Below, piece after piece: positions 46,101 to 62,895 of a stretch of DNA of 64,000 nucleotides. Both the position numbers and the translations under genes were made by a program. Source of the DNA: Eledone cirrhosa (taxonomy: Eukaryota); contig OZ024751.1 in assembly GCA_964016885.1 (NCBI GenBank), positions 50,654,001 to 50,718,000 on the forward strand, in the 5' to 3' direction. How positions within the stretch are numbered: position 1 is the first letter of the stretch; each line of letters begins with the position of its first letter. Below the pieces are notes generated by a model, which saw only the letters and a program-made list of their open reading frames with translations, had not been told where the DNA came from and did not search any database.

Positions 46101-49100
46101 ATACACATACAGTCACTACCTCACATACACATACAGTCACTAACTCAACATACAGTCACTACCTCAACATACACATACAGTCACTACCTCAACATACAGT
46201 CACTACCACAACATACACATACTGTCACTACCACAACATACACATACAGTCACTACCTCAACATACACATACAGTCACTACCTCAACATACACATACAGT
46301 CACTACCTCAACATACACATACAGTCACTACCTCAACATACAGTCACTACCACAACATACACATACAGTCACTACCTCAACATACACATACAGTCACTAC
46401 CTCAACATACACATACAGTCACTACCTCAACATACACATACAGTCACTACCTCAACATACAGTCACTACCACAACATACACATACAGTCACTACCACAAC
46501 ATACACATACAGTCACTACCTCAACATACACATACAGTCACTACCTCAACATACACATACAGTCACTACCTCAACATACAGTCACTACCACAACATACAC
46601 ATACAGTCACTACCTCAACATACACATACAGTCACTACCTCAACATACACATACAGTCACTACCACAACATACACATACAGTCACTACCTCAACATACAG
46701 TCACTACCACAACATACACATACAGTCACTACCTCAACATACACATACAGTCACTACCTCAACATACACATACAGTCACTACCTCAACATACACATACAG
46801 TCACTACCTCAACATACACATACAGTCACTACCTCAACATACACATACAGTCACTACCTCAACATACAGTCACTACCACAACATACACATACAGTCACTA
46901 CCTCAACATACACATACAGTCACTACCTCAACATACACATACAGTCACTACCTCAACATACACATACAGTCACTACCTCAACATACAGTCACTACCACAA
47001 CATACACATACAGTCACTACCACAACATACACATACAGTCACTACCTCAACATACACATACAGTCACTACCTCAACATACACATACAGTCACTACCTCAA
47101 CATACACATACAGTCACTACCTCAACATACACATACAGTCACTACCTCAACATACACATACAGTCACTACCTCAACATACACATACAGTCACTACCACAA
47201 CATACACATACAGTCACTACCTCAACATACACATACAGTCACTACCTCAACATACACATACAGTCACTACCTCAACATACACATACAGTCACTACCTCAA
47301 CATACACATACAGTCACTACCTCAACATACACATACAGTCACTACCTCAACATACAGTCACTACCACAACATACACATACAGTCACTACCTCAACATACA
47401 CATACAGTCACTACCTCAACATACACATACAGTCACTACCTCAACATACAGTCACTACCTCAACATACACATACAGTCACTACCTCAACATACACATACA
47501 GTCACTACCTCAACATACACATACAGTCACTACCTCAACATACAGTCACTACCACAACATACACATACAGTCACTACCTCAACATACACATACAGTCACT
47601 ACCTCAACATACAGTCACTACCTCAACATACACATACAGTCACTACCACAACATACACATACAGTCACTACCTCAACATACACATACAGTCACTACCTCA
47701 ACATACACATACAGTCACTACCACAACATACACATACAGTCACTACCACAACATACACATACAGTCACTACCTCAACATACACATACAGTCACTACCACA
47801 ACATACACATACAGTCACTACCTCAACATACACATACAGTCACTACCTCAACATACACATACAGTCACTACCACAACATACACATACAGTCACTACCACA
47901 ACATACACATACAGTCACTACCTCAACATACAGTCACTACCTCAACATACCATACAGTCACTACCACAACATACACATACAGTCACTACCTCAACATACA
48001 GTCACTACCTCAACATACACATACAGTCACTACCTCAACATACAGTCACTACCTCAACATACACATACAGTCACTACCTCAACGTACAGTCACTACCTCA
48101 ACATACACATACAGTCACTACCTCAACATACACATACAGTCACTACCTCAACATACACATACAGTCACTACCTCAACATACAGTCACTACCTCACATACA
48201 CATACAGTCACTACCTCAACATACACATACAGTCACTACCTCAACATACAGTCACTACCTCAACATACACATACAGTCACTACCTCAACATACACATACA
48301 GTCACTACCTCAACATACACATACAGTCACTACCTCAACATACAGTCACTACCTCACATACACATACAGTCACTACCTCAACATACACATACAGTCACTA
48401 CCTCAACATACACATACAGTCACTACCTCAACATACACATACAGTCACTACCTCAACATACACATACAGTCACTACCTCAACATACACATACAGTCACTA
48501 CCTCAACATACACATACAGTCACTACCACAACATACACATACAGTCACTACCTCAACATACACATACAGTCACTACCACAACATACACATACAGTCACTA
48601 CCTCAACATACACATACAGTCACTACCTCAACATACACATACAGTCACTACCTCAACATACACATACAGTCACTACCTCAACATACACATACAGTCACTA
48701 CCTCAACATACACATACAGTCACTACCTCAACATACAGTCACTACCTCAACATACACATACAGTCAATACCTCAACATACACATACAGTCACTACCTCAA
48801 CATACACATACAGTCACTACCTCAACATACACATACAGTCACTACCACAACATACACATACAGTCACTACCACAACATACACATACAGTCACTACCTCAA
48901 CATACACATACAGACACTACCACAACATACACATACAGTCACTACCTCACTATACACATACAGTCACTACCTCAACATACACATACAGTCACTACCTCAA
49001 CATACACATACAGTCACTACCACAACATACACATACAGTCACTACCACAACATACACATACAGTCACTACCTCAACATACACATACAGTCACTACCACAA

Positions 49101-52100
49101 CATACACATACAGTCACTACCACAACATACACATACAGTCACTACCTCAACATACACATACAGTCACTACCACAACATACACATACAGTCACTACCTCAC
49201 TATACACATACAGTCACTACCACAACATACACATACAGTCACTACCTCAACATACACATAGTGTCACTACCACAACATACACATACAGTCACTACCACAA
49301 CATACACATACAGTCACTACCTCAACATACACATAGTGTCACTACCACAACATACACATACAGTCACTACCACAACATACACATACAGTCACTACCTCAA
49401 CATACACATAGTGTCACTACCACAACATACACATACAGTCACTACCACAACATACACATACAGTCACTACCTCAACATACACATACAGTCACTACCACAA
49501 CATACACATACAGTCACTACCTCAACATACACATACAGTCACTACCACAACATACACATACAGTCACTACCTCACTATACACATACAGTCACTACCACAA
49601 CATACACATACAGTCACTACCTCAACATACACATAGTGTCACTACCACAACATACACATACAGTCACTACCACAACATACACATACAGTCACTACCTCAA
49701 CATACACATACAGTCACTACCACAACATACACATACAGTCACTACCTCACTATACACATACAGTCACTACCTCAACATACACATACAGTCACTACCACAA
49801 CATACACATACAGTCACTACCTCAACATACAGTCACTACCACAACATACACATACAGTCACTAACTCAACATACACATACAGTCACTACCTCAACATACA
49901 GTCACTACCTCACTATACACATACAGTCACTACCTCAACATACACATACAGTCACTACCTCAACATACACATACAGTCACTAACTCAACATACACATACA
50001 GTCACTACCACAACATACAGTCACTACCACAACATACACATACAGTCACTACCACAACATACACATACAGTCACTACCTCAACATACACATACAGTCACT
50101 ACCACAACATACACATACAGTCACTAACTCAACATACACATACAGTCACTGCCTCAACATACACATACAGTCACTACCTCAACATACACATACAGTCACT
50201 ACCTCACATACACATACAGTCACTACCTCAACATACAGTCACTACCTCAACATACACATAGTGTCACTACCACAACATACACATACAGTCACTACCACAA
50301 CATACACATACAGTCACTACCACAACATACACATACAGTCACTACCTCAACATACAGTCACTACCTCAACATACACATACAGTCACTACCTCAACATACA
50401 CATACAGTCACTGCCTCAACATACACATACAGTCACTACCACAACATACACATACAGTCACTACCTCAACATACACATACAGTCACTGCCTCAACATACA
50501 CATACAGTCACTACCACAACATACACATACAGTCACTACCTCAACATACACATACAGTCACTGCCTCAACATACACATACAGTCACTACCACAACATACA
50601 CATACAGTCACTACCTCAACATACACATACAGTCACTACCTCAACATACACATACAGTCACTACCTCACTATACACATACAGTCACTACCTCAACATACA
50701 CATACAGTCACTACCTCACATACACATACAGTCACTACCTCAACATACACATACAGTCACTACCACAACATACACATACAGTCACTACCACAACATACAC
50801 ATACAGTCACTACCTCACATACACATACAGTCACTACCTCAACATACACATACAGTCACTGCCTCAACATACACATACAGTCACTACCTCAACATACACA
50901 TACAGTCACTACCTCAACATACACATACAGTCACTACCACAACATACAGTCACTACCTCAACATACACATACAGTCACTACCTCAACATACACATACAGT
51001 CACTACCTCACTATACACATACAGTCACTACCTCAACATACACATACAGTCACTACCTCACATACACATACAGTCACTACCTCAACATACACATACAGTC
51101 ACTACCTCAACATACACATTCAGTCACTACCACAACATACACATACAGTCACTACCTCAACATACAGTCACTACCTCAACATACACATACAGTCACTACC
51201 TCAACATACACATACAGTCACTACCTCAACATACACATACAGTCACTACCACAACATACAGTCACTACCACAACATACACATACAGTCACTACCTCAACA
51301 TACACATACAGTCACTACCACAACATACACATACAGTCACTACCTCAACATACACATACAGTCACTACCTCAACATACACATACAGTCACTACCACAACA
51401 TACACCTACAGTCACTACCACAACATACACATACAGTCACTACCTCACATACACATACAGTCACTACCTCAACATACACATACAGTCACTACCACAACAT
51501 ACAGTCACTGCCACAACATACACATACAGTCACTACCTCAACATACACATACAGTCACTACCTCAACATACACATACAGTCACTACCACAACATACACCT
51601 ACAGTCACTACCACAACATACACATACAGTCACTACCTCACATACACATACAGTCACTACCTCAACATACACATACAGTCACTGCCTCAACATACACATA
51701 CAGTCACTACCTCAACATACACATACAGTCACTACCTCAACATACACATACAGTCACTACCACAACATACAGTCACTGCCACAACATACACATACAGTCA
51801 CTACCTCAACATACACATACAGTCACTACCACAACATACACATACAGTCACTACCTCAACATACACATACAGTCACTACCTCAACATACACATACAGTCA
51901 CTACCACAACATACACATACAGTCACTACCACAACATACACATACAGTCACTACCACAACATACACATACAGTCACTACCTCACATACACATACAGTCAC
52001 TACCTCACATACACATACAGCTCACTACCACAACATACACTTACAGTCACTACCACAACATACACATACAGTCACTACCTCACATACACATACAGTCACT

Positions 52101-55100
52101 ACCTCACATACACATACAGTCACTACCTCAACATACACATACAGTCACTACCTCAACATACACATACAGTCACTACCTCACATACACATACAGTCACTAC
52201 CACAACATACACATACAGTCACTACCACAACATACACATACAGTCACTACCACAACATACACATACAGTCACTACCTCACATACACATACAGTCACTACC
52301 TCACATACACATACAGTCACTACCACAACATACACATACAGTCACTACCACAACATACACATACAGTCACTACCTCACATACACATACAGTCACTACCTC
52401 ACATACACATACAGTCACTACCACAACATACACATACAGTCACTACCACAACATACACATACAGTCACTACCACAACATACACATACAGTCACTACCACA
52501 ACATACACATACAGTCACTACCTCACATACACATACAGTCACTACCACAACATACACATACAGTCACTACCACAACATACACATACAGTCACTACCACAA
52601 CATACACATACAGTCACTACCACAACATACACATACAGTCACTACCTCACATACACATACAGTCACTACCTCACATACACATACAGTCACTACCACAACA
52701 TACACTTACAGTCACTACCACAACATACACATACAGTCACTACCTCACATACACATACAGTCACTACCACAACATACACTTACAGTCACTACCTCACATA
52801 CACATACAGTCACTACCACAACATACACTTACAGTCACTACCTCACATACACATACAGTCACTACCACAACATACACTTACAGTCACTACCTCACATACA
52901 CATACAGTCACTACCACAACATACACTTACAGTCACTACCTCACATACACATACAGTCACTACCACAACATACACTTACAGTCACTACCTCACATACACA
53001 TACAGTCACTACCACAACATACACATACAGTCACTACCACAACATACACATACAGTCACTACCTCACATACACATACAGTCACTACCACAACATACACTT
53101 ACAGTCACTACCTCACATACACATACAGTCACTACCACAACATACACTTACAGTCACTACCTCACATACACATACAGTCACTACCACAACATACACTTAC
53201 AGTCACTACCTCACATACACATACAGTCACTACCACAACATACACATACAGTCACTACCACAACATACACATACAGTCACTACCACAACATACACATACA
53301 GTCACTACCTCACATACACATACAGTCACTACCACAACATACACTTACAGTCACTACCACAACATACACATACAGTCACTACCTCAACATACACATACAG
53401 TCACTACCACATCATACACATACAGTCACTACCTCACATACACATACAGTCACTACCTCAACATACACATACAGTCACTACCTCAACATACACATACAGT
53501 CACTACCTCAACATACACATACAGTCACTACCTCAACATACACATACAGACACTACCTCACATACACATACAGTCACTACCTCACATACACATACAGACA
53601 CTACCTCAACATACACATACAGTCACTACCTCAACATACAGTCACTACCTCAACATACACATACAGTCACTACCACAACATACACATACAGTCACTACCT
53701 CAACATACACTTACAGTCACTACCACAACATACACATACAGTCACTACCTCAACATACACATACAGTCACTACCACAACATACACATACAGTCACTACCA
53801 CAACATACACATACAGTCACTACCTCAACATACACTTACAGTCACTACCACAACATACACATACAGTCACTACCACAACATACACATACAGTCACTACCT
53901 CACATACACATACAGTCACTACCTCAACATACACATACAGTCACTACCACAACATACATATACAGTCACTACCTCAACATACACTTACAGTCACTACCAC
54001 AACATACACATACAGTCACTACCTCAACATTCACATACAGTCACTACCTCAACATACACATACAGTCACTACCTCAACATACACTTACAGTCACTACCAC
54101 AACATACACATACAGTCACTACCTCAACATACACATACAGTCACTACCTCAACATACACATACAGTCACTACCTCAACATACACATACAGTCACTACCTC
54201 AACATACACATACAGTCACTACCTCAACATACACATACAGTCACTACCTCAACATACACATACAGTCACTACCTCAACATACACATACAGTCACTACCAC
54301 AACATACACATACAGTCACTACCTCAACATACACATACAGTCACTAACTCAACATACACATACAGTCACTACCTCAACATACACATACAGTCACTACCTC
54401 AACATACACATACAGTCACTACCTCAACATACACATACAGTCACTACCTCAACATACACATACAGTCACTACCACAACATACACATACAATCACTACCTC
54501 ACATACACATACAGTCACTACCACAACATACAGTCACTACCTCAACATACACATACAATCACTACCTCAACATACACATACAGTCACTACCACAACATAC
54601 AGTCACTACCACAACATACACATACAATCACTACCTCACATACACATACAGTCACTACCACAACATACACATACAGTCACTACCTCAACATACACATACA
54701 ATCACTACCTCACATACACATACAGTCACTACCACAACATACACATACAGTCACTACCTCAACATACACATACAATCACTACCTCACATACACATACAGT
54801 CACTACCACAACATACACATACAGTCACTACCTCAACATACACATACAATCACTACCTCAACATACACATACAGTCACTACCTCAACATACACATACAGT
54901 CACTACCTCACGTACACATACAGTCACTACCTCAACATACACATACAGTCACTACCTCAACATACACATACAGTCACTACCTCAACATACACATACAGTC
55001 ACTACCACAACATACACATACAGTCACTACCTCAACATACACATACAGTCACTACCACAACATACACATACAGTCACTACCTCAACATACAGTCACTACC

Positions 55101-57585
55101 ACAACATACACATACAGTCACTACCTCAACATACAGTCACTACCACAACATACACATACAGTCACTACCACAACATACACATACAGTCACTACCTCAACA
55201 TACACATACAGTCACTACCTCACATACACATACAGTCACTACCTCAACATACACATACAGTCACTACCTCAACATACACATACAGTCACTACCACAACAT
55301 ACACATACAGTCACTACCTCACATACACATACAGTCACTACCTCAACATACACATACAGTCACTACCTCAACATACACATACAGTCACTACCTCAACATA
55401 CACATACAGTCACTACCACAACATACACATACAGTCACTACCACAACATACACATACAGTCACTACCTCAACATACAGTCACTACCACAACATACACATA
55501 CACACACTACCTCAACATACACATACAGTCACTACCACAACATACACATACAGTCACTACCTCACATACACATACAGACACTACCTCAACATACACATAC
55601 AGTCACTACCTCAACATACACATACACACACTACCTCAACATACACATACAGTCACTACCTCAACATACACATACAGTCACTACCACAACATACACATAC
55701 AGTCACTACCACAACATACACATACAGTCACTACCTCAACATACACATACAGTCACTGCCACAACATACACATACAGTCACTACCACAACATACACATAC
55801 AGTCACTACCTCAACATACACATACAGTCACTACCACAACATACACATACAGTCACTACCTCAACATACACATACAGTCACTACCTCAACATACAGTCAC
55901 TACCACAACATACACATACAGTCACTACCACAACATACACATACAGTCACTACCTCAACATACACATACAGTCACTACCTCAACATACACATACACACAC
56001 TACCTCAACATACACATACAGTCACTACCTCAACATACACATACAGTCACTACCACAACATACACATACAGTCACTACCTCAACATACACATACAGTCAC
56101 TACCACAACATACACATACAGTCACTACCACAACATACACATACAGTCACTACCACAACATACACATACAGTCACTACCTCAACATACACATACAGTCAC
56201 TACCTCAACATACACATACAGTCACTACCACAACATACACATACAGTCACTACCACAACATACACATACAGTCACTACCACAACATACACATACAGTCAC
56301 TACCTCAACATACACATACACACACTACCTCAACATACACATACAGTCACTACCTCAACATACACATACAGTCACTACCTCAACATACACATACAGTCAC
56401 TACCTCAACATACACATACAGTCACTACCTCAACATACACATACAGTCACTACCACAACATACACATACAGTCACTACCTCAACATACACATACAGTCAC
56501 TACCTCAACATACACATACAGTCACTACCTCAACATACACATACAATCACTTCCTCAACATACACATACAGTCACTACCACAACATACACATACAGTCAC
56601 TACCTCAACATACAGTCACTACCACAACATACACATACAGTCACTACCTTAACATACACATACAGTCACTACCTCAACATACACATACAGTCACTACCAC
56701 AACATACACATACAGTCACTACCTCAACATACAATCACTACCTCAACATACACATACAGTCACTACCACAACATACACATACAGTCACTACCTCAACATA
56801 CAATCACTACCTCAACATACACATACAGTCACTACCACAACATACACATACAGTCACTACCTCAACATACAGTCACTACCACAACATACACATACAGTCA
56901 CTACCTCAACATACACATACAGTCACTACCACAACATACACATACAGTCACTACCTCAACATACACATACAGTCACTACCACAACATACACATACAGTCA
57001 CTACCTCAACATACACATACAGTCACTACCTCAACATACACATACAGTCACTACCTCAACATACACTTACAGTCACTACCACAACATACACATACAGTCA
57101 CTACCTCAACATACACTTACAGTCACTACCACAACATACACATACAGTCACTACCACAACATACAGTCACTACCTCAACATACACATACAGTCACTACCT
57201 CAACATACACATACACACACTACCTCAACATACACATACAGTCACTACCTCAACATACACATACAGTCACTACCTCAACATACACATACAGTCACTACCA
57301 CAACATACAGTCACTACCTCAACATACACATACAGTCACTACCACAACATACACATACAGTCACTACCTCAACATACACATACAGTCACTACCTCAACAT
57401 ACAGTCACTACCTCAACATACACATACAGTCACTACCTCACATACACATACAGTCACTACCTCAACATACACATACAGTCACTACCTCAACATACAGTCA
57501 CTACCTCAACATACACATACAGTCACTACCTCAACATACACATACTGTCACTACCACAACATACACATACAGACACTACCTCAAC
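31108..57585. repeat. ~26.5-kb tandem satellite, 25-bp unit CACATACAGTCACTACC(A/T)CAACATA with 19- and 24-bp variants
   Basis: Continuous array of roughly a thousand units, all in one orientation. Confidence 0.98.
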
Positions 57586-57872
57586 ACCACCAACTACCAT
57601 CACCACACTACCACTACTACCACCAACAACTACCACCACACTACACTACCACTACTACCATCACCAGCAACCACCACCACACTACCACCACCAACTATCA
57701 CCACCACACTACCACTACTACCACCAACAACTACCACCACCACCACACTACCACTACTACCAACAACACCACCAACAACCACGACCACCACACTACCACT
57801 ACCACCCTACCACTACTATCAACAACACCAACAACAACAACCACACTACCAGCAATACTATCAACAACAACA
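57586..57872. repeat. Low-complexity (CAC/CTA/CAA) tract
   Basis: Direct reading; abuts the satellite end. Confidence 0.9.
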
Positions 57873-58104
57873 ATAAAACAATCTGTAGTAGACATAAAAA
57901 ACAGATAGTGTACATAAAGACCCTTGGTGTTTTAACAAATTTCCTGGTAACGCACCATTAACTATCTCTTCTGCTCCTCCTAACCACCACCTCCACCACC
58001 CTCTCTCTCTCTCTCTCTCTGTATATATATATATAACACCAACCACATTTACAGTGTAGAACTGGGAACTTTTTACCCTGTTACCTACACATATATGTAT
58101 ATGT

Positions 58105-58325
58105 ATCATCATCATCACCGTTTTACGTCCGTTCTTCCACGCTAGCATGGGTTAGACGGGATGTATATATATATATATATATAATTTTAATGTCTATTTT
58201 TCCACACTTGCACGGGTTGCCATGGTATGCGACAAGTCAGGTCTGGAGATCACAGTTTTCTCATGCGATCTGTATCTTGGCTTGGTTTCTACAGCTAGAT
58301 ACCCTTTGCTAATGCCAACCATCTT
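58105..58325 (-). mobile_element. Degenerate short interspersed repeat with (GAT)n tail
   Basis: CATCATCATCACCGTTTTACGTCCGTTCTTCCACGCTAGCATGGGTTAGACGG...GCTAATGCCAACC resembles an abundant octopus retroposon 3' end (from recall, not searched). Confidence 0.5.
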
Positions 58326-58630
58326 ACAGTGTGGATTTGGTGCTTTTTATCGTGGCACCAAAGCGACCATCTAACAGGATGGACTGAGTGCTTTGTGTCA
58401 TGTCACCATCACAACTATCTTATAGGGTGGACTGGCTGCTTTTTGTTGTGTCACCAACACAACTATCTTACTGGGTGGACTGGATGCTTATTGTTGTGTT
58501 ACCTGCACAACCATCTTACAAGGTGGATTGGGCACTTTTTGCTGTGTCACCAGGATGGATTAGGAGCTTTTGTTGTTGTGGCATCAGATCAGTATACAGG
58601 ATGGACTTGGTACTTTTTGCCGTGTCAACA
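58317..58630. repeat. Diverged ~48-bp tandem repeat (5 full + partial copies)
   Basis: Units approximating AACCATCTTACAGGGTGGACTGGNTGCTTTTTGTTGTGTCACCANCAC. Confidence 0.8.
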
Positions 58631-59262
58631 GCATTGTGGGAATTCAGATATACAGTGTGTCCAGCTTTCCTGTGGGTGTTGAACAAATGAGGTGTATCAG
58701 GGAGGAGGGTTTGGAAATAGGGGTGGTAGACAAGTAATCAAGTCTGACTACTTCTACAGAGCCCTCTGAGCATTCAAAAGAGCTTGTTTTCTGTGAGTTC
58801 TTGCTGCTTACTGCTCCTGTGCATTCACCACATAAGAAACCTACATTTTTTGCTTGCCTGTCTAAGATCCCACTACATCTCTTGTGTACCCTAAGTTTGC
58901 ATTTTGACCTAGGATGGAATTACAACCCACTCCTTTCCTGCACACTGAGAAAGGCCATTTCCCTGAAGGGATCTGGAGCAAGCAACCTATCCAGGGTGAT
59001 ATTTATCTTTCGTCTGATACACGTTGTGATCCTGAGATTATAACAGCGGGCCTTCATGAAACAGTAAACTACTATGCTCATAACATATACTCTTCATTGT
59101 GCTATACCTCCAAGTGGTGTCTATGGACGACTAGGTGAACTGAGCCAGTAGTAGATACCACACTTCTTTGAATGGTGATGTGATGTGACACAAACATGCA
59201 GATGTTTCTATCATCAGACAAATGTATTTCCAATATCTTCCTCAACTTATGGTGATGATGAC

Positions 59263-60020
59263 AACCACAACAATCACCACTGCTACCACCACCACCACCA
59301 CCACCACCACCACTGCTGCTACCACCACCACTACTGCTACCACCACTACTGCCACCACTGCTACCACCACCACCACCACTACTGCTGCAATAACCACTGC
59401 CACCTTCATTGCCACCATAACTACCACTGCTACCACCACCACTGCCACCACTGCTACCACCACCACCACCACCACTACCACCACCGCTACTGCTGCAACC
59501 ACTACCATCATTGCCACCATAACTACCACTGCTACCACCACCACTGCCACCACTGCTACCACCACCACCACCACCACCACCACCGCTACTGCTGCAACCA
59601 CCACCATCATTGCCACCATAACTACCACTGCTACCACCACCACTGCCACCACCGCCACTGCTATCACCACTGCTACCACCACCACCACCACTACTGCTGA
59701 AACCACCACCGCCACCATCACTTCCACCATCTTCACCATTAACTCACCACTACCACCACCACCACCACTGCTACCACCACCACTACTGCTGCAACCACCG
59801 CTACCACCACCACCACCATTGCCACCATCACTTCCACCGTCTTCACCATTAACTCACCACTACCACCACCACTGCTACCACCACCACCATCACTACTGCC
59901 ACCACCAACACCACTGCTACCACCACCACCACTGCTGCAACCACCACCACCGCCACCACTACCACTGCAACCACCACCACCACCATCACTTCCACCATCT
60001 TCACCATTAGCTCACCACCA
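59263..60020. repeat. (CAC/CTG/CAT) trinucleotide low-complexity tract with internal duplications
   Basis: CCATCACTTCCACCRTCTTCACCATTARCTCACCAC occurs three times (~59715, ~59825, ~59983). Confidence 0.9.
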
Positions 60021-60780
60021 TCACGAGAGACCGTCACGCTTATGCAAGAAACAGTTATTTCATTAACAGTGGAAGCCATGGGATGGGCTTTCATGTTCAG
60101 CCAAGTGAAACAGTATTGATCTGTATTGATAGCTTTACTGATCGATGTTAGCAATGATTGGAAAATCATATCATATTCTCAGATTCTATGGAAACTTTAA
60201 ATTGATGTTTTTGTGTGTGGGTAGGTGCTTGTGTTTGATCATACACACGCACTCATATATATATATATTAAATATCAGTGCTCGTTGATCCTCACAATCA
60301 ATGAATTAGTGTAAGAACTTAAGCACTCCACGTTTTGTACGTCCACATGAGTAATGATTGATATTATATGTATGGTTACCCGACAAAGTATGGTTACTTC
60401 ATCAAATCAGAAGAGATGGTTTTTACCTTTTAAATTTCAATTTATTCTATTACATAACATCTATTATGTACATTTCAACGGAATTAGACTGTGATTACGT
60501 AATGTTATGTGAATCTCATGCGTTCTCATCAGATGGATGTAAATAAATGTAAATAATGTCTATGATATGCCAGGTGTCGAAAATTGGTGTTGACGGTTCA
60601 AGTTTCTCAACTGGCATATGTTGTTCAATAGAAAGACATTCAATTCCTTGCTGACAGTTAGTGGGTGGGGCTGTTAAGGGGTCGCTGTTCCCTTGGGGTT
60701 GAAAGAAAGTCATTTCGTTGGTGTTATCCCCTCCTACTTGTAGTGCACCTGAGCATTGTACACAATTATTATTATTATAA

Positions 60781-61735
60781 TCCCGCCGAAGTTAACTTTG
60801 CCTTTCATCCTTACGGGGTCGATAAAATAAAGTACCAGTAATGTACTGGGATAATTGCTGGCCGTGTGCCAAAAGTAGAAATAATTATTATTATAAGAGC
60901 AGTGGATTTGCAGTATTGGTAGAGCGTCAGACACCATGCTTTGCAGCATAGAGCTATGGTCCTTTTCGGTCTGAGTTCAAATCCTGGTGAGGTTAACTTT
61001 GCCTTTCATCCTTACAAGGTCGATAAAATAAAGTACCAGTAATGCACTGGGATAATTGCTGGCCTTGTGCCAAAAATAGAAACAATTATTAGGATTAGGA
61101 GTATCGGTAGAGGGTCGGACGCCATGCTTTGACGCATAGAGTTACGGCCCTTGCCATTCTGAGTTCAAATCTCGCCGAGGTTAACTTTGCCTTTCATCCT
61201 TACGAGATCGATAAAATAAAGTACCAGTAATGCACTGGGATAATTGCTGGCTTTGTGCCAAAAGTAGAAACAATTATTATATAGACTGTCCTTTCTGCCA
61301 GTCAATTTGATGTCGCCTCTATCGGAACAATAAAGCCATTATTTACACTTGTTTTCAGTACATTACAGCCCTTTATGTTCTGAGTTCAAATCCCGCCGAG
61401 GTTAGCTTTGCCTTTCATCCTTATGAGGTCGTTAAAATAAATTACTAGTAATGTACTGGGGTCGATTTAATCGACTTTCCCCTCCCGCCAAATTGTTAGC
61501 CTTGTGCCTAAATCAGGAACCATTATTTCTAGTACATTAAGTGGCGGTGGATTGGCAGTATTGGTAGAGGGTCGGACGCCATGCTTTGACGCATAGAGTT
61601 ACGGCCCTTGCCATTCTGAGTTCAAATCCCGCCGAGGTTAACTTTGCCTTTCATCCTTACGGGGTCGATAAAATAAAGTACCAGTAATACACTGGGTAAA
61701 TGCTGGCCTTGTGCCAAACGTAGAAACAATTATTT
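60781..61735 (+). mobile_element. Cluster of five head-to-tail tRNA-derived SINE copies (some partial)
   Basis: A-box-like TGGCAGTATTGGTAG, B-box GAGTTCAAATCC, core GCCTTTCATCCTTACGGGGTCGATAAAATAAAGTACCAG (Meta-SINE-like, from recall). Copies near 60781, 60899, 61100, 61360 and 61541. Confidence 0.85.
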
Positions 61736-61769
61736 CTAGTATATTAAATCATTTTCTTTTACTGCTATC

Positions 61770-61890
61770 TTTTATTATTTTACTTGTATCAGTCATTTGA
61801 CTGCGGCCATGATGGGGCACCATCTTTATTTAGTTAATCATATCGATCCCAGTACTTATTTTTCAAGTTTTGTACTTATTTTGGTTGGTT
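61770..61890 (-). mobile_element. SINE 3' portion (degenerate)
   Basis: TTTACTTGTATCAGTCATTTGACTGCGGCCATG...ATCGATCCCAGTACTTATTTT; the last part is the reverse complement of the SINE core. Confidence 0.65.
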
Positions 61891-62054
61891 TTCCTTTGTA
61901 CCAAGTTTAGAGGCTGGAGTTATTAAGGTATTCTTAATAGGTTGCTTTAAGTAAATACTGGATGTAGGATTTCATGTTATATTACATTGAGGGTGGCTGT
62001 GGTTTGATGTTACATGAAGTCTAGATAATAAATAGGAATAAAAACAAGTGTAAA

Positions 62055-62235
62055 TAATTGTTTCTACTTTTGGCACAAGGCCAGCAATTACCCAGTGCAT
62101 TACTGGTACTTTATTTTATCGACCCCATAAGGATGAAAGGCAAAGTCAACCTCGGCGGGATTTGAACTCAGATCGTAAAGAGACGTAACTATGCTGGAAA
62201 GCATGGCGTCCGACCCTCTACCGATACTGCCGATC
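62055..62235 (-). mobile_element. tRNA-derived SINE copy
   Basis: Reverse complement of the 61541-61735 unit. Confidence 0.85.
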
Positions 62236-62449
62236 AGGGAAGATAACTAATTCTATGACTGGTGTATGTTATTTCCCCTGAAATAATGAAAATTATTGTA
62301 AAGACTAACATGAACAAAAAACGATTTTTATTTTGTTTGTTTGGATGCAGTCATAGATCCGGGGCCATACAGGAACACTACATTTTAGTCCATTTTTAAT
62401 CGATTATATTAACCACACAACTTTCTCTGGTACTTATTTTTCAAATAGT

Positions 62450-62562
62450 AGATTGGGAGAACAATCAGAACGTTAGCTATTTGAGTTCAAATGCGGCCGA
62501 AGTCAAAATTTCATTTTATTCTTCAGTTCTCTATGAATTAAAGTACCAGATATGCACTGGAT
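62450..62562 (+). mobile_element. Old degenerate SINE copy
   Basis: GAGTTCAAATGCGGCCGAAGTCAA...AAAGTACCAG..GCACTGG. Confidence 0.55.
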
Positions 62563-62838
62563 TTGCTTTAATATTTCTATAAATCAGCAAATATGTAATT
62601 TGAAATATGATAGACAATGAGAATAAAAGTAAGCCAAAATGTTTCACATATTCCCGGGGCGGTGTTGGTTACCTGTAAGAGCGAGCCCCGTGAGTTGGGG
62701 TGGCTGTTCCAGTGCGTCACCCTCGCCATCCTTCAGGGCAACGTCTTTATTCTGTCTACAGAGACCACGAAATGGGTTAACCCTTAGACAGTGAGGATTT
62801 ACTCTGACAGCAATGCTCAAATCAACATACACACACAT

Positions 62839-62895
<57 letters not shown>

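Noticed and set aside
30897-57961. Very long ORFs (1103, 240, 2566 aa) of repeating HTHTVTT/YSHY/IQSLPQ
   Set aside because: The satellite unit lacks stop codons on the + strand and is not a multiple of 3, so all frames cycle. One ORF also crosses the N gap. No coding evidence.
59185-60169. Mucin-like Thr-rich, His/Cys-rich and Val-rich ORFs
   Set aside because: Multiple frames and both strands are open because of trinucleotide low complexity. No signal peptide or splice support visible; an exon cannot be fully excluded.
61541-61635. tRNA gene
   Set aside because: A/B boxes are present but no cloverleaf forms; it is a SINE head repeated in several copies.
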